Assembly (NCBI RefSeq): GCF_016433145.1
Contig: NC_058132.1
Location: 89,811,472 to 89,875,471 of the forward strand
DNA from: Gracilinanus agilis
Taxonomy: Eukaryota
Length of the DNA: 64,000 nucleotides
Direction: 5' to 3'
The translations under genes and the position numbers were made by a program. Shown in pieces: positions 1 to 12,132 of this stretch; the stretch's first letter is position 1; each line of letters starts with the position of its first letter. The notes beneath the pieces are model-generated. The model did no database searches. It was not told the DNA's origin and saw only the letters and a list, made by a program, of their open reading frames with translations.

Positions 1-404
1 GGGGGGGGGGGGGCGGCAGGGCAGAAGGGGAAGGATTTATGAAAGAGGTTGGCCTGAATTTAAGTTATAAGACAACTTGGACAGGCAGAAATGAGGAGAC
101 ACTCTTCCAAGCATATAGGATAATCTGTTTATGTTAATAATGAAAAATAAAAATAATAATAAACAAATTTATATTTTATATATTTGTATTACATATATTT
201 TATTTTATTGTTTTATTTATATATTTTATATTTATATATATTTATATAGCAGTTTAAATTTATCCTACTGCTTTACATATTTTGTCTCATTTAATTCAAC
301 AATGATGTAGTGGTTGAAAAGAGACAGTTTTTGTTGTCTTTCCATACCCTTGCCCCAAAATGGTCAGGAATCAATGGTCTAAGAACAGGTGTGAAAATTA
401 GAGC

Positions 405-604
405 ACTTACCTGTATGTGAGACTTGGAATGAATCTTTTAGCATAAAATGGAGCAGTCTTGAGGCTGGAAGTCTTGCAGCATTCCTTCCTTGCCCAAACA
501 TAAATGGTTTTTATATTAATCGAATATCTTTATGCTCTATCTATATTTCACTTAATGAGACATCACTTTCCCTAAGTCCTAGGGTTTTGTTCTCCTGGGG
601 GATG
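405..604 (-). promoter_or_regulatory. Candidate first non-coding exon of a minus-strand gene left of the window
   Basis: Perfect donor CAG|GTAAGT (405-413), shared 16-mer at 462-477, O/E-like tcccccagga near 593-602. Confidence 0.45.
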
Positions 605-1022
605 AAGATTGAAGTGACTTTCATAAGAATAAATTATAGAACAAGTTTCATATCCTTGCTTAGGGAATAGAATTCCCCATCATAATCCCTTAACTCCCTT
701 AATTTGATTTTTTTTCTTATAACAACCACCCCCCCAAAAAAACCAAACAGTTAAAAATAATTTGTCCTTGGCCCCCATTTCACTACAATATGTATTCTGT
801 CTCCATAGTCTCCCATCTCTCTTCTGAGAGGACAGAAGACTATTTTATAATCTGTTTTCCATAATGTATATTGACTTTCATCATTACTAAGAATTTGGCT
901 GACTTCTGACAATTTTTTCACTTATATTTATATAGTCATTTATTTATGAACTATATGATAACTCTGATTCTATGTTTCATCACTCACTTCATAAAAATCT
1001 ACTCTTTTTTACTTTTTCTCTC

Positions 1023-1332
1023 NNNNNNNNNNNNNNNNNNNNNNNNNNNNNNNNNNNNNNNNNNNNNNNNNNNNNNNNNNNNNNNNNNNNNNNNNNNNNN
1101 NNNNNNNNNNNNNNNNNNNNNNNNNNNNNNNNNNNNNNNNNNNNNNNNNNNNNNNNNNNNNNNNNNNNNNNNNNNNNNNNNNNNNNNNNNNNNNNNNNNN
1201 NNNNNNNNNNNNNNNNNNNNNNNNNNNNNNNNNNNNNNNNNNNNNNNNNNNNNNNNNNNNNNNNNNNNNNNNNNNNNNNNNNNNNNNNNNNNNNNNNNNN
1301 NNNNNNNNNNNNNNNNNNNNNNNNNNNNNNNN
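1023..1332. other. Assembly gap (310 N) flanked by CT-rich repeat
   Basis: N run. Confidence 1.
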
Positions 1333-1570
1333 CTCTTTCTGTCAGTTTCTTTCTATCTGTCTTCATCTCTGTCTCTGCCTCTCAGTCTCTCTCAGCTGTA
1401 TAATGAATCTGTCTACTATTGAAGATTATGAAAGGATGTGGGACAGATCACCTAGAGAGTGAAGAGAATTATATGTGTTGATCAAAGTATACTTTGCATC
1501 TTTTTATGTTTTTCTTTTCCAACTCTACATTTGGAAAGAATGGATGTCCTCAATCTCATCACTTTAAGGA

Positions 1571-1641
1571 TTTATATTAGATAAATAAATCCCTTTATTA
1601 TTTATATTAGATAATATTATCTTTATTTATATTAGATAAAT
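1571..1641. repeat. Three copies of tttatattagataa
   Basis: Copies start at 1571, 1601 and 1626. Confidence 0.8.
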
Positions 1642-2319
1642 GAATCACATTCATAATGTCCTAGACCTAAGATTTATCCACCAACTTTTTATTTATTTAT
1701 TTATGTGTTTGTTCGTTTGGCCTTGCAAGTGGTGGTTGTAATATAAAACTGAGCCTAGTGTCTTTGAACTCAGAACTTAAAACCTTGGGCCATTATGAGT
1801 TAGACAGATAAATTTATTTCAATTAGAAACGTAGATGAAATAGTAAGAAAATAAGTTAAGCCCCATTCCATTTGCCAGAACTCTCACCTTCCAAAATTCT
1901 GATGAAAGAAGAATGAAAAGGTTTCCATTTCTTTTTTCAACCTTATGCCTTCGTTAAAATATCAAAACAGAAAAACAGAAAGTCTTTTTCAGGGGACTTT
2001 CTCATAAACCCAGGTTGCTGCCATATCAACATGACAGTAGGACAATAGGATCTGTAGTAACAGGTTTAGACTTATAGAGAAGCAATAGTTAATTGGGGGT
2101 GGGGGGGAAGTCCATAATCTCACTATCATTGATGAAGCCTGAATGAGATCATTGAAACCTTGGATCTAGAACATCACAAGACCTTTCATCTCAGGTCCAC
2201 AGATGAGATTCAGTTTCCTGACCTCTCCATCATTTCTCTTCTCTGTCTCTTCTCTGATGTCTTATGGTTTTCTCTGTTCTGATTCTAGGAGGTATTATCA
2301 CTTAAAACATTATGACTTT

Positions 2320-2522
2320 GGGTCAGCTGGGTAGCTCAGTGGATTGAGAGTCAGGCCTAGAGAAGGGAGGTCCTAGGTTCAAATCCGGCCTCAGACACTT
2401 CCCAGCTGTGTGACCCTGGGCAAGTCACTTGACCCCCATTGCCCACCCTTACCACTCTTCCACCTAGGAGCCAATACACAGAATTTAAGGGTTTAAAAAT
2501 GTAAATAAATCAATAAACCAAT
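2320..2522 (+). mobile_element. Young tRNA-derived CORE-SINE (SINE-1_MD-like)
   Basis: gggtcagctgggtagctcagtgg..ggttcaaat (A/B boxes), CORE tgtgaccctgggcaagtcactt, A-rich tail, 15-bp TSD aaacattatgacttt (2305-2319) / aaacattgtgacttt (2523-2537). Confidence 0.93.
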
Positions 2523-5500
2523 AAACATTGTGACTTTAAGTGATGTTTAACCCTTTGTGTCACATTAACCATTAACAAGTAAAGTGGTTTGTACATAATA
2601 GTCATTTAATAGATTTTTATTGTCTTTAAATTGAATTTAATCCTAGGATATACCTAATTTAGTCAAAATGACAACAAAAAACTTTAAGATTAAATATCCT
2701 GCTGCTACTGCTGCTGCTGCTTTTGCTGTTGCAGCTGTATTTGTGGTTGTGGTTGTTGTTATTGTTGCTGCTATTTTTCCAGAAAACTAACATTTGGCTT
2801 GGTTACCACTTGGATCCACCATTATGCCTTTGAAAAAATCTCCAGGGTGTTTTTCTTTCATATACACTTTTCTTCTAATTCCTATTTTTCCATTAAGTCC
2901 AAATTTCCTAACATTCCTTGTTGCTCTAATTAGCTTTCCCAGATAACATTTACAGTCCCATTTTGTTAACTAAATATCTAAGGTTCTCTACTAGGAACTA
3001 TATGAAGACAAAAACAACAGTGAGTAAATTCAAGGATAATCTGATTATCTTGGAAATCAGCATGATAATGGAATCCTGGATTCCACCCCAGCTCTTTACA
3101 TGCTTCTTCACACATATTCACATGAACACACACAATTTATCTAAGACATGATTTTTTTTAATGTTAGAATTGTATCAGACAAGGTAACTCTTAATTCTCT
3201 TTCCTTGATCAAAAATTATACAATACCTATGCAGGTGAAGTCTTCAAAGAGATAGGGCCATTCATCAGACTTTGAAAGTTATCTGAATTACTAGCAGAAC
3301 TCATACTCAGAAGTTGTAATATTGCTTCAATGTATCAGGTATTATGTTTAAAAAGTATACAGATAAACAAAATTTAGAACTTTAATTTTGAAACAAGATG
3401 GTCAACAAGTTTAGCTTGAGTCATCCCTTCTAACAATAGAGATTTAGACTATAACTGGATGATCCTAGATGTTTTCATATATGAATTCAGTTATCAGTGT
3501 CCAAATATGATCTAGGACAATTTGGCTTTCTGAGAGTAACCTATCTTCTTTAAAAGATTAGAATCAGATATGTTGATGTTGTGGGATAGATTGATATTAT
3601 TCTGGTTCTGGTTCAGGAGGGTACTCTCTTTCAAAGAATGAACAGGCTCTGATGAATATCTTTAAAAACAGAGAAATTAATTGAGTCAAATGGCCAGGAG
3701 GTACATGCAGGACCAAACTGCCTCTCTAAAGAGAAGTTTAGGATTTTATGTCCTAAAGCAATACTGTCTTTGTGACTTAGAAAAAAAAGGTGGGGAGGGG
3801 GAAAAATAAGGGGATAAACAAGAGAGATTAGGTGACATAGTGAGGTGCCTTGGAATGTGGTGCAAAAGCACAGGTATACATCATTCAAGATGTCCTGAGA
3901 ATAAAGGTGGGTGAACAGCCTATCTTGGGGAACCTAATGATTTTTGAAGTGCAAACAGAAAGTAACCTCTGTGCTAAGACTCCTATCATAAAATTAGTGT
4001 AAATACATCTAAGACTAGATTTTTTGTTTATTTATCCTTCTCTTTGGCTGCACTAGGCCTAGCATTTTTCAGCCAGCACTGCAGATACAAGATTGGGAAA
4101 TTCTTCAGATAATTTTCAGATAATTGAGAAGCAAACCCAATGCCATAGAACAAGTTAGGAAGCCAAAATGGAAATAAAGTTGAATTTTTCATCTTACTGT
4201 CCCTATCTCAAAGATAAAGTTGGAAATCAGTGAAATAAGTACTGGGGTCTGAATGTATACTGAAAATTCAAATGTGATTGGTTAATCAGTATCAGTGATC
4301 TCTGATTTGGGGGGCATCCAATGTTTGTCTAATTTTCAGAAAGCACAGGAGGGAATGTTCATAAAACATTAGGCCAGTGTACTTAAATATGATTTCAGGA
4401 TAAAGTGTGCAACATTTAAATGGAATTTTATTATAAGCACTGAGAAAGTACTGTGGTGGTCACTAATTCCAAACTTGGGTTTATCAGGAGTAAAACTCAC
4501 CCTCATTCTTCTACAGGCTATTTGTCTACTATGTCATAGATTTTTTCTATGGTCACTAGAGTTAGACATTTCTAAGTTCACTACGTCTGTAGTATCCTCC
4601 AGCCCTTATTGTTTCTCCTGACTTTCTGGTTCCTCCAGAGCCTGTATATTAAGGAGGAGACAAGGGGAACCCTATTTTCATTCCTTTTCAAGGTATACTA
4701 CAAATTCATCCCCCATAGGATTTCATCTATTCTACTTCTAAGCTGAATATTTTCATCTCTTTCTGTATTCTCCACCACTCTGTTTTTTAATTCCCTTTTA
4801 TGCTTTTATCACTATTCCAATAAGCATTTGCTATTTGTCTGGTTTCAACTTCATGGAACAAAGTGCCTCTCCCAGGTTAAGCTCATTTCCTCTATTGATC
4901 ATATTAACCTTATCCTTGACTGACAACACCTGCCTCAGCATCTTCTCCCTGCCCCTCTCTGATTAGAATGATGGATGCTGGAATTTTAAGTTTCTTATAA
5001 TGCTTTGCTTTACCAAGGGCAAAAGCAGAACTTTTGGATTCACTCCACTCTCCATCTGCTACTCTGCCTAGTTTCAACTTCAAAATGGAGCAAGATGTCC
5101 CTACATTGGGCATTTTTTCCACCTACCTTTCTAGCTTCCCTTTGTGTGTTGTCCCCCACCCCATTCCCCTTTAGATTATAATTCCTTGAAGGTAAGGTCA
5201 GTCTTTTTTTTCCTTCAATATTTACATTTTTATTGGAATATACTTTATTTTATTTGCAAGGCACTAAAGTAAAAGTCATTATGGAAGATAGAGCAACTAA
5301 TACAGAAATAGAAATTAAATTTATTAGGTAGATCAAGTACCTTTAAACATCTACTATGTGCAAGGTTATGAGAGTACAAAAACAACAATGTCACAGTTGC
5401 TGTTCTTAAGAAACAAATAGAATGGGCCCAGAATGGTGCTAGGTGCTCTAGTTGTATAAGAGAATAGTATTGTTTTCTTTCAAATTAGGTAAAATCTTAA

Positions 5501-5734
5501 AGCATTCCAATAGTCAGTCTTTCTGACTGACAGCTGGCATAGTGTAAAGAAAATACCCTCTCTTTAGTTAAATTAAGTAGCATGCAGTAAGTGTTCTAGT
5601 CAACATATATTCCAAATAATTTTCTGAGTTTAAAACTTCAGAAGTTAATGACATCAATAAAGGCAAAATGTAAGCCCTACGCCTTAAGAAATTGGTAATA
5701 GAATCACATCCCTGATTCTATTAAGAATCTAGTG

Positions 5735-5880
5735 AATGATCTAGTCTCAGATGCTTTCTCAGTGTATGACTCTAAGCAAGTCACTTAAACCCTATTGCCT
5801 ACATCTTACCCACTTTTCTGCCTTGGAATCAATACATAATATTAATTCTAAGATAGAAGGTAAAGGTTTTTTTAAAAAAA
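5735..5880 (+). mobile_element. 5'-truncated older CORE-SINE
   Basis: CORE gcaagtcacttaaaccc and tail ctgccttggaatcaatac..; flanked by aatctagtg repeats. Confidence 0.75.
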
Positions 5881-6479
5881 ATCTAGTGGAAGAATCTGCT
5901 TTATTTATTTCCATTAAATAGGAATGAAAATTCTTTCCAAAATTAGTGATAAGTAAAAACTTAATTTATCACATATATTTATACCCTGAATTAAATTTTA
6001 TTTAGTGGAAATATAATGGCATCTACACTCATAATTAGAGAGAAGTGCCTGCCACTTTATTCTAGAGAATAGAAAATTAGAAGGGTCTCTCATAAATCTT
6101 TTCTTCAACTCTATCAGAAATGTAGAAACTGAACTGAACTTAGTATATGGTTATCAAAAATGATTAATAAACATAGGAAATGATCAGAACACTTCATTCA
6201 TCTTAAAGAGTAGATATGTAGGCACAGGAAAGAAGTTAAATCCCAGCCAACCCTCTCCTTAACCCTCATCCCTAGTGGTGACTTCAGCCTTGACATCATA
6301 AAACTCTAGGATCTCTGTACCTTCTCCAAACTTAATTTGTCTTAAAAAATGAATTTGAGGGTAAGTTCTCTTCCACAAAGTACTTTTCAAAGCTTATTCC
6401 AGGCATCAAAATTTCTAGCTATAGCTCTTGACAATAACACCCCAAAATGTCTTTCTTTTTATTGATTATAACCCCATTG

Positions 6480-6655
6480 CTAATACAGTGCCTGGAACAC
6501 AGTAGATGCTTAATAAATATTTCTTGGATTGGCTAGAATCATTATAATGTAAGCTCCTTGAAGGCAGGGACTGTTTTTCTGCTGGTACTGCATGTTAGTA
6601 CTTATCACAGTACCTAGAATATAATAAATGCTAAATAAATGTTGACTGGACATTA
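6480..6655 (+). mobile_element. Two L2 3' tails in tandem
   Basis: acagtgcctggaacacagtagatgcttaataaat and taagctccttgaaggcagggactg..aaatgctaaataaatg. Confidence 0.75.
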
Positions 6656-6734
6656 TGCAATGGAATTCCATAAACATATCTAGATTTCACCAAAGATTAT
6701 ATGATAACTTTCAAGATTTAACTACAGACAAGAT

Positions 6735-6762
<28 letters not shown>
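6735..6762. repeat. (AC)n microsatellite
   Basis: Direct reading; similar arrays near 17140-17178 and 19159-19186. Confidence 0.96.
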
Positions 6763-6765
<3 letters not shown>

Positions 6766-6779
6766 GAAGAATGGATAAA

Positions 6780-7180
6780 GAGGATTCGAAATTGGTGGAA
6801 TGACTGACCCCAAAGAAAAAGAAATGGATCATTTTCAGGCTGAAAGAAGGTTTCTAGGGGCATAGAATAAGTTTCTGAACTTGACTCTCTCGATTTTATA
6901 AAGTCAACCATGACTGCAAGAAAACACAATCAGCATGTTTTCTTACTTTCAAAATCATAAAGCTGAATAAAATAGACATCTTGGATTATAGGATCCAAAA
7001 AGGATCTGGGAAATTTAAGTGAATGGGTTAAATTCATTGAGGTGAAATGTAATTGGAATAAAAGTAGAATCTGACATGCATTTAAAATGTAAATGAATGA
7101 TATAGGACCTGTTATTCATCTTACTAAAATGTTCCTAGTAATAAATTCTTCTAACACTGAAGATCAGTACTATTTTTGTC
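6780..7180 (+). mobile_element. L3/CR1 fragment
   Basis: ggatccaaaaaggatctg..gaaatgtaattggaataaaagtag resembles the CR1 RT region. Confidence 0.5.
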
Positions 7181-7264
7181 TATGGCTAGATTCTTATTGA
7201 GTTCAATTCTTCCCGACTCCAGGTCCAACACTCCATTTTTCTACATAACCTATCTGGCTATGCA

Positions 7265-8070
7265 GAAATGTGCAGATAGATGTAGGGGTACACACACCAA
7301 TATGTACAAATATATTCATATATATTTGAATATTCTACACTAAGATTCTATCTAAAACTTGCATCTATATTCATTAGAAAAAATGATTAGTATTTCTTTT
7401 GGAGCTTTCTCTTTCTGGCTTTGGATATCAGAATTTTTTTTTCCAAATAAAAAGAATTTTACAGAGAAATTACTTCTGCATACCTTTGTTGAATAGGTAT
7501 TATTTAAATTTTATAGTAGTTGATATAATTTGTATTTTGATAGAATTTACTTATAAATTTGTTTAGTTCTTTCCTTGTTCTTTTTAATTGACATGTAATT
7601 CATGAATATTTTGATTTCTCATACAAACACTGGATTTTGTAACTGAATAAAAAACAAAGAAACTCCTCTATTTCTTATTTAGGTAATTGCTACTTATTTA
7701 TTTTTAATAATTGCTTATTTCTTTTAAAATATGTTTCCTGGCATATAATTTTTTGTATACTTTCTGATAATTATTCTTATTTCCTTACTCATGTGGAATC
7801 ACCTTGTTCATTCCCATTTAAAAAATTTTTACCTTCACTTTTTACTTTTCAGAATATTTTTCTGTCTTAAAATTGCTATATGTTTTATTTATTATCTGTT
7901 CATATATGTCTTTATAACTGTTTTGTATGGATCTTGAAATGTGCAGATAGATGTAGTGGTACACACACCAATATATACAAATATATTCATATATATTTGA
8001 ATATTCTACACTAAGATTCTATCTAAAACTTGCATCTATATTCATTAGAAAAAATGATTAGTATTTCTTT
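7265..8070. repeat. 135-bp direct repeat pair (7265-7399 and 7936-8070)
   Basis: gaaatgtgcagatagatgtag...atgattagtatttcttt occurs twice; I count 2 mismatches. Confidence 0.95.
7400..7935 (-). mobile_element. Old internal L1 ORF2 fragment between 135-bp direct repeats
   Basis: The reverse complement contains ctgatatccaaagccaga (cf. L1 ctgataccaaagccagg) and ataagtaaattctatcaaa (cf. acaagtgaattctatcaaa). No polyA tail. Confidence 0.7.
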
Positions 8071-8229
8071 ATTAAGACATCATATTATAAAATACAAAAT
8101 GAGTCAAGGGCATGAATGATATAAGGATTACCTAAGGATCACTTCAATTTAACTGGTATGAATAAATGGGCAACAGTTTCCTGAACTTAGGAAGAAACAA
8201 ATTGAGGCTATAGACTTGTAAGGACCAGA

Positions 8230-8230
<1 letters not shown>

Positions 8231-8283
<53 letters not shown>
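8231..8283. repeat. (TG)n microsatellite
   Basis: Direct reading. Confidence 0.98.
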
Positions 8284-8285
<2 letters not shown>

Positions 8286-8875
8286 TTATATATACTGTAT
8301 TAGAATATATATTTCTTTGTATAAATTCTCATCAATAAGTTGATTTTAAAACTTACTTAATTTAACTAACTTCCATGCATGTAATAAAATTTTTCATTGA
8401 ATTATGGTGAAGAAATATTTTGTGTATCTATATTTTAATGTTTGTTATTTTATTACCTATCACATGATCATTTTCTATAACAGTAACATTGATCCTGAAG
8501 TCATATATGTTCTATAATATTCCCATTTAGAATTAATCATATCATTCATGTGTATATTTTAAGTAATAATCTGTTCAGGTATCTTCTTTTTTCCATCTAT
8601 CTCTATAGCTCCTATGTTTTCACTCTTCTTTCATTGGCATTTAATCAGTGTGACAGCTTGTTTACTGTGTGTGTTTTAAATAGCTTTATTCTGTCTATGT
8701 ATGAGATCATTGATTTAATTACTCATTATTTTCTTGCTAATCACATGTTTACCTTTCTTGATTTTCTACTATTGAAAGTGTTTGAATGTTTAATAACTTA
8801 CTTACCTTTTTCACTAGTTTCTTTTGAGTAAATTACTTGTATTCATTTTTATTCCCCATGAAAGTTCAATTATTT

Positions 8876-9567
8876 TTTTATTATTTTTAAGAATATTTTT
8901 CCATGGTTACATGATTCATGTTCTCTTCCTCCCCTATTCTTTCCCTCCTCCTGGAGGTAACAAGCAATCCCACTGGTTTATACATGTATTATTGTTCAAA
9001 ATCTATTTCCATTTTATTCATATTTGTAATAGAGTAATCTTTTAAAACCAAAACCCCCAATCATAAACCCACAGAACCAAGTGATGAATCAAATGTTTTT
9101 CTTCTGCATTTCTACTCTCACAGTTCTTTCTCTGGATGTGGATAACATTCTTTCTCATAAGTTCCTCAGAATTGTCCCAGATCATTGTATTGCTATTAGT
9201 AACAAAGTCAATTACAATTGATCATCCCACAACATCTCAGTTACTGTGTACAATATTCTGCTGGTTCTTCTAATTTCACTCTGCATCAGTTCATGGAGAT
9301 TTTTACAGTTCTTATAGAAATCAAGCAGTTCATCATTCCTTATAGCACAATAGTATTCCTTCATCATCAAATGTCAAAATTTGTTCAGCCATTCCCCAAT
9401 TGAGGGACATCCCCTCATTTTCCAATTTTTTTGCCACCACAAAAAACATAGCTATAAATATTTTTGTACAAACATTTTTTCTTATTATGTCTTTGGGATG
9501 CAAACCCAGTAGTGGTATAACTAGATCAAAAAGCATGCAGTATTTTAAAGCCCATTGGGCATAAGTG
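8876..9567 (-). mobile_element. 5'-truncated L1 (ORF2 end and 3' UTR)
   Basis: Antisense to the 3' parts of the L1s at 47 kb and 59 kb (ttgttcagccattccccaattgagggacatccc; ttttgccaccacaaaa). Confidence 0.88.
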
Positions 9568-11100
9568 AAAGTTCAATTCTTGAAGAGTTATTTTGGAATA
9601 TAAATGTTTTACTTTTTTCAAAAGACCGTATTATAATTTCAAATATTCTTTTTCAAAGAGGACATATTGTTCTGAGAAAAATGAATAGATTTTCATTGAT
9701 AAATGAAGGTGTTCTCTTTCCTGCTTCAATATTTATTGTTTTAACTTTACATGATACATTTTTTGTTGAGTAGAATGGAAAATATTTGTTCTAGTTCTAT
9801 GAAGTTTATGAACCCTATTTTTTCCTTATTTCAAATATTTCTTGAACTTTTAAAAAAGTTATTTTTGTATATTAATTCCTTCAAAGGCCTCCTATGATTC
9901 TTAAATTTTCTCTGAATAGTCCATCTAGAAATCTGGTTGAATTGAGTCCAATAGAATACATGATTTATTCAAATGCTTTTCAAATTTATTTTCCTGAGAT
10001 ACAAGTTGGACTAAATCACTTCACTAATTAATAATTTCTAGTTTCTTCTTATTTCCCCTAGAAAGAACATAGACTTCTATTTGGTACTCAAAATTCTTTA
10101 CTTTTTAGCCTCAATCACAAGCAATCTTTCCCGACCTGGAACTATGACCTCAGTTTTTTCTCCTGCTAGTCCTCCTCATCCTGGATTGTGACCCAGAACT
10201 ATATATGAGCAATACAACAGAATGCCATACACTGTGCCAGTGAAGCATCTTCCATAATCTCCTTCTAACCAATTTTATGACCCACTTATTGTCTTTCAGA
10301 GGAAGGCTTAGAAGCTCCCCTGAAGATAATGCCCTACCTCCACCTACATCCACCCCAGACATATTGCTGGTTTGCTGCGGTATGGCCTGCACCCCTGTGA
10401 CTGACCAAGTTCTACTTTCACCCTCAGTGAGACACACCTTTCTTGCTGACCTTCTTAGAATGGGAAATCATTTCAATCTATCCTTTTGTTGGCACTTTCA
10501 ATTCAGAATTCATTTTGAGTCATTATTTTAATGTTATTTGGAAAGGAATTTGGGAGAAATCAGGAGAGTTCCTTCCTTTACTCTGTAATATTGGCTTCAT
10601 CCTCTTCAAAGAACTTCTAAATTCTCCAATCCATCTTTACTTCATGGTTATCCTTACCCTTAGATTAGATATAAAAGGAATAATTGTATTTCATCTTGAT
10701 GTCTTACAAGACTATTTTTTGCAAATATGTCTTTTAAAAATGGATAACTTCTGATAGCACAAAGTACAATTATGTGATTCTCTTACTCTGAAAAGTGCCT
10801 GTAATAGATTTGCAAGAAAAGAAAAATCATAATGTTGATACTACTTATGGTGGTAATGTTGGCAATAACAATAGTGGTTGTGTTTATACAATGATACTTC
10901 AGTTGATGTTGGTTATTATTGGTTTCGGTTTTTGTAAAAATTTTCAGTGAAAAATTTGCCTCCATTTTTGCCTCAGATTTTGTTGGCCTGCCCACATGTC
11001 CTCGCTGCTAATTTAGCAAAAACAAAGAGCAACCCAGATCTTCTCCTTCTCCATGTTCCATTGTTTCTTTTTGTGTGAGCACCATCCCCAGTGTCTAGCC

Positions 11101-11448
11101 CAATGATGGGCAACCTTTTGACCTTGGTTTGTCAAAATTTGCAAAAAAAAAAAAAAAAAAACAAGCATAACTCGGCTGGTGTGTCACTTTGAGAAAAAAC
11201 ACATAATTTTGCTATATTTATAGTTTAAATCACAAAAATGTATAATTGTAACATATAACTGTATTTAATAAACCAAAATAGGTAAATTAATATAGGTAGA
11301 ATTGTCATCTATCGTGCACAGAGTGTCTATACTACACTACAGTAAATGTTTCATCCTCCGCATGCGGCCCCAGACTTCTCTGTGTATGGCCTCATGTGGC
11401 CACGTGTCATAAAAAATGGCTACGTGTGTCATAGGTTTGCCATCACTG
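11101..11448. mobile_element. Non-autonomous hAT (Charlie-type) DNA transposon, 348 bp
   Basis: TIRs CAATGATGGGCAACCT and AGGTTTGCCATCACTG (13/16 match). 8-bp TSD gtctagcc (11093-11100) / gtctaccc (11449-11456), fitting the NTCTAGAN target preference. Confidence 0.9.
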
Positions 11449-11480
11449 GTCTACCCAAACAATTGCATTCAAGTAGAAGT

Positions 11481-11764
11481 TCAGTCAAAGAGCCCAAAGC
11501 CCATGTCATTTTCGAACTCTTCGGAAGGAAGTAGCCCCTACCCTGACCCCTCCCCACTCTCACCCCTGTAGGAATGGAGTCCACCTTACTGCTCCCCTGC
11601 ATGATCTTGTCCTTGATTTTTTTGCTGCTGAACTTGCTGATGACCTTGAGCTGTTCCTCATTTGCCTCAATGCTGATGCTGTCTAAGATCTTCTTCAGAT
11701 CCTTGGAGTTGAGGGAGTCATTGCTGTCAAGGACATCCAAAAGGTTGGCAGCCTTGTAGTGCAT
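11481..11764 (-). pseudogene. RPLP2: Processed pseudogene of 60S acidic ribosomal protein P2
   Basis: The N-terminus MHYKAANLL..SKDLKKILDSISIEA..KVIS aligns to RPLP2 MRYVASYLL..AKDIKKILDSVGIEA..KVISEL. The C-terminus SEEFENDMGFGLFD* (stop at 11481-11483) is in another frame. No introns; span 284 nt (frameshifted); hinge replaced. Confidence 0.92.
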
Positions 11765-12132
11765 CCTGATGGTCTGGGTTCAGCTCAGGTGCTTATTTAT
11801 TCTTTAAATTAGTCTTTTATACTCATTTTATATTAATTTCTTATTGTTTTTAGTATTAAACACTATAGACTCCATGAAATATGTTTTTGGTATGTCTAGA
11901 ATGAATTGATTGTATTTATATTTGAATCAAATGGAAACGAGTGCCTAGGTTTTCATTAGTTTCAGATTTCCTTGATTGTTTTCAAATTGATTATCAACAA
12001 AAACCAAGGTATCACTGTATTAATAAGGATAGTAATATTGGTGCTTTGAGAGAGTCCTCTATGCCACTGATATTTAAAGAAATATTCTTCTTCTCCCTTT
12101 ATAATAACAACCCAAATCTGGCTCAATTGCCT

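Noticed and set aside
946-1422. ORFs of 125-211 aa here and at 22060-22368 and 51280-51928
   Set aside because: They are open only because they cross N gaps.
6269-6279. tccctagtggt, also at 28043-28053, partial CTCF or O/E look-alike
   Set aside because: Only the core is matched and the flanks are unrelated; too weak to call.
10150-11040. GC-richer stretch with 84-103 aa ORFs followed by possible ancient L1 ORF1 sequence
   Set aside because: No protein motif or element ends I can recognise; probably an old repeat, but not classifiable by eye.
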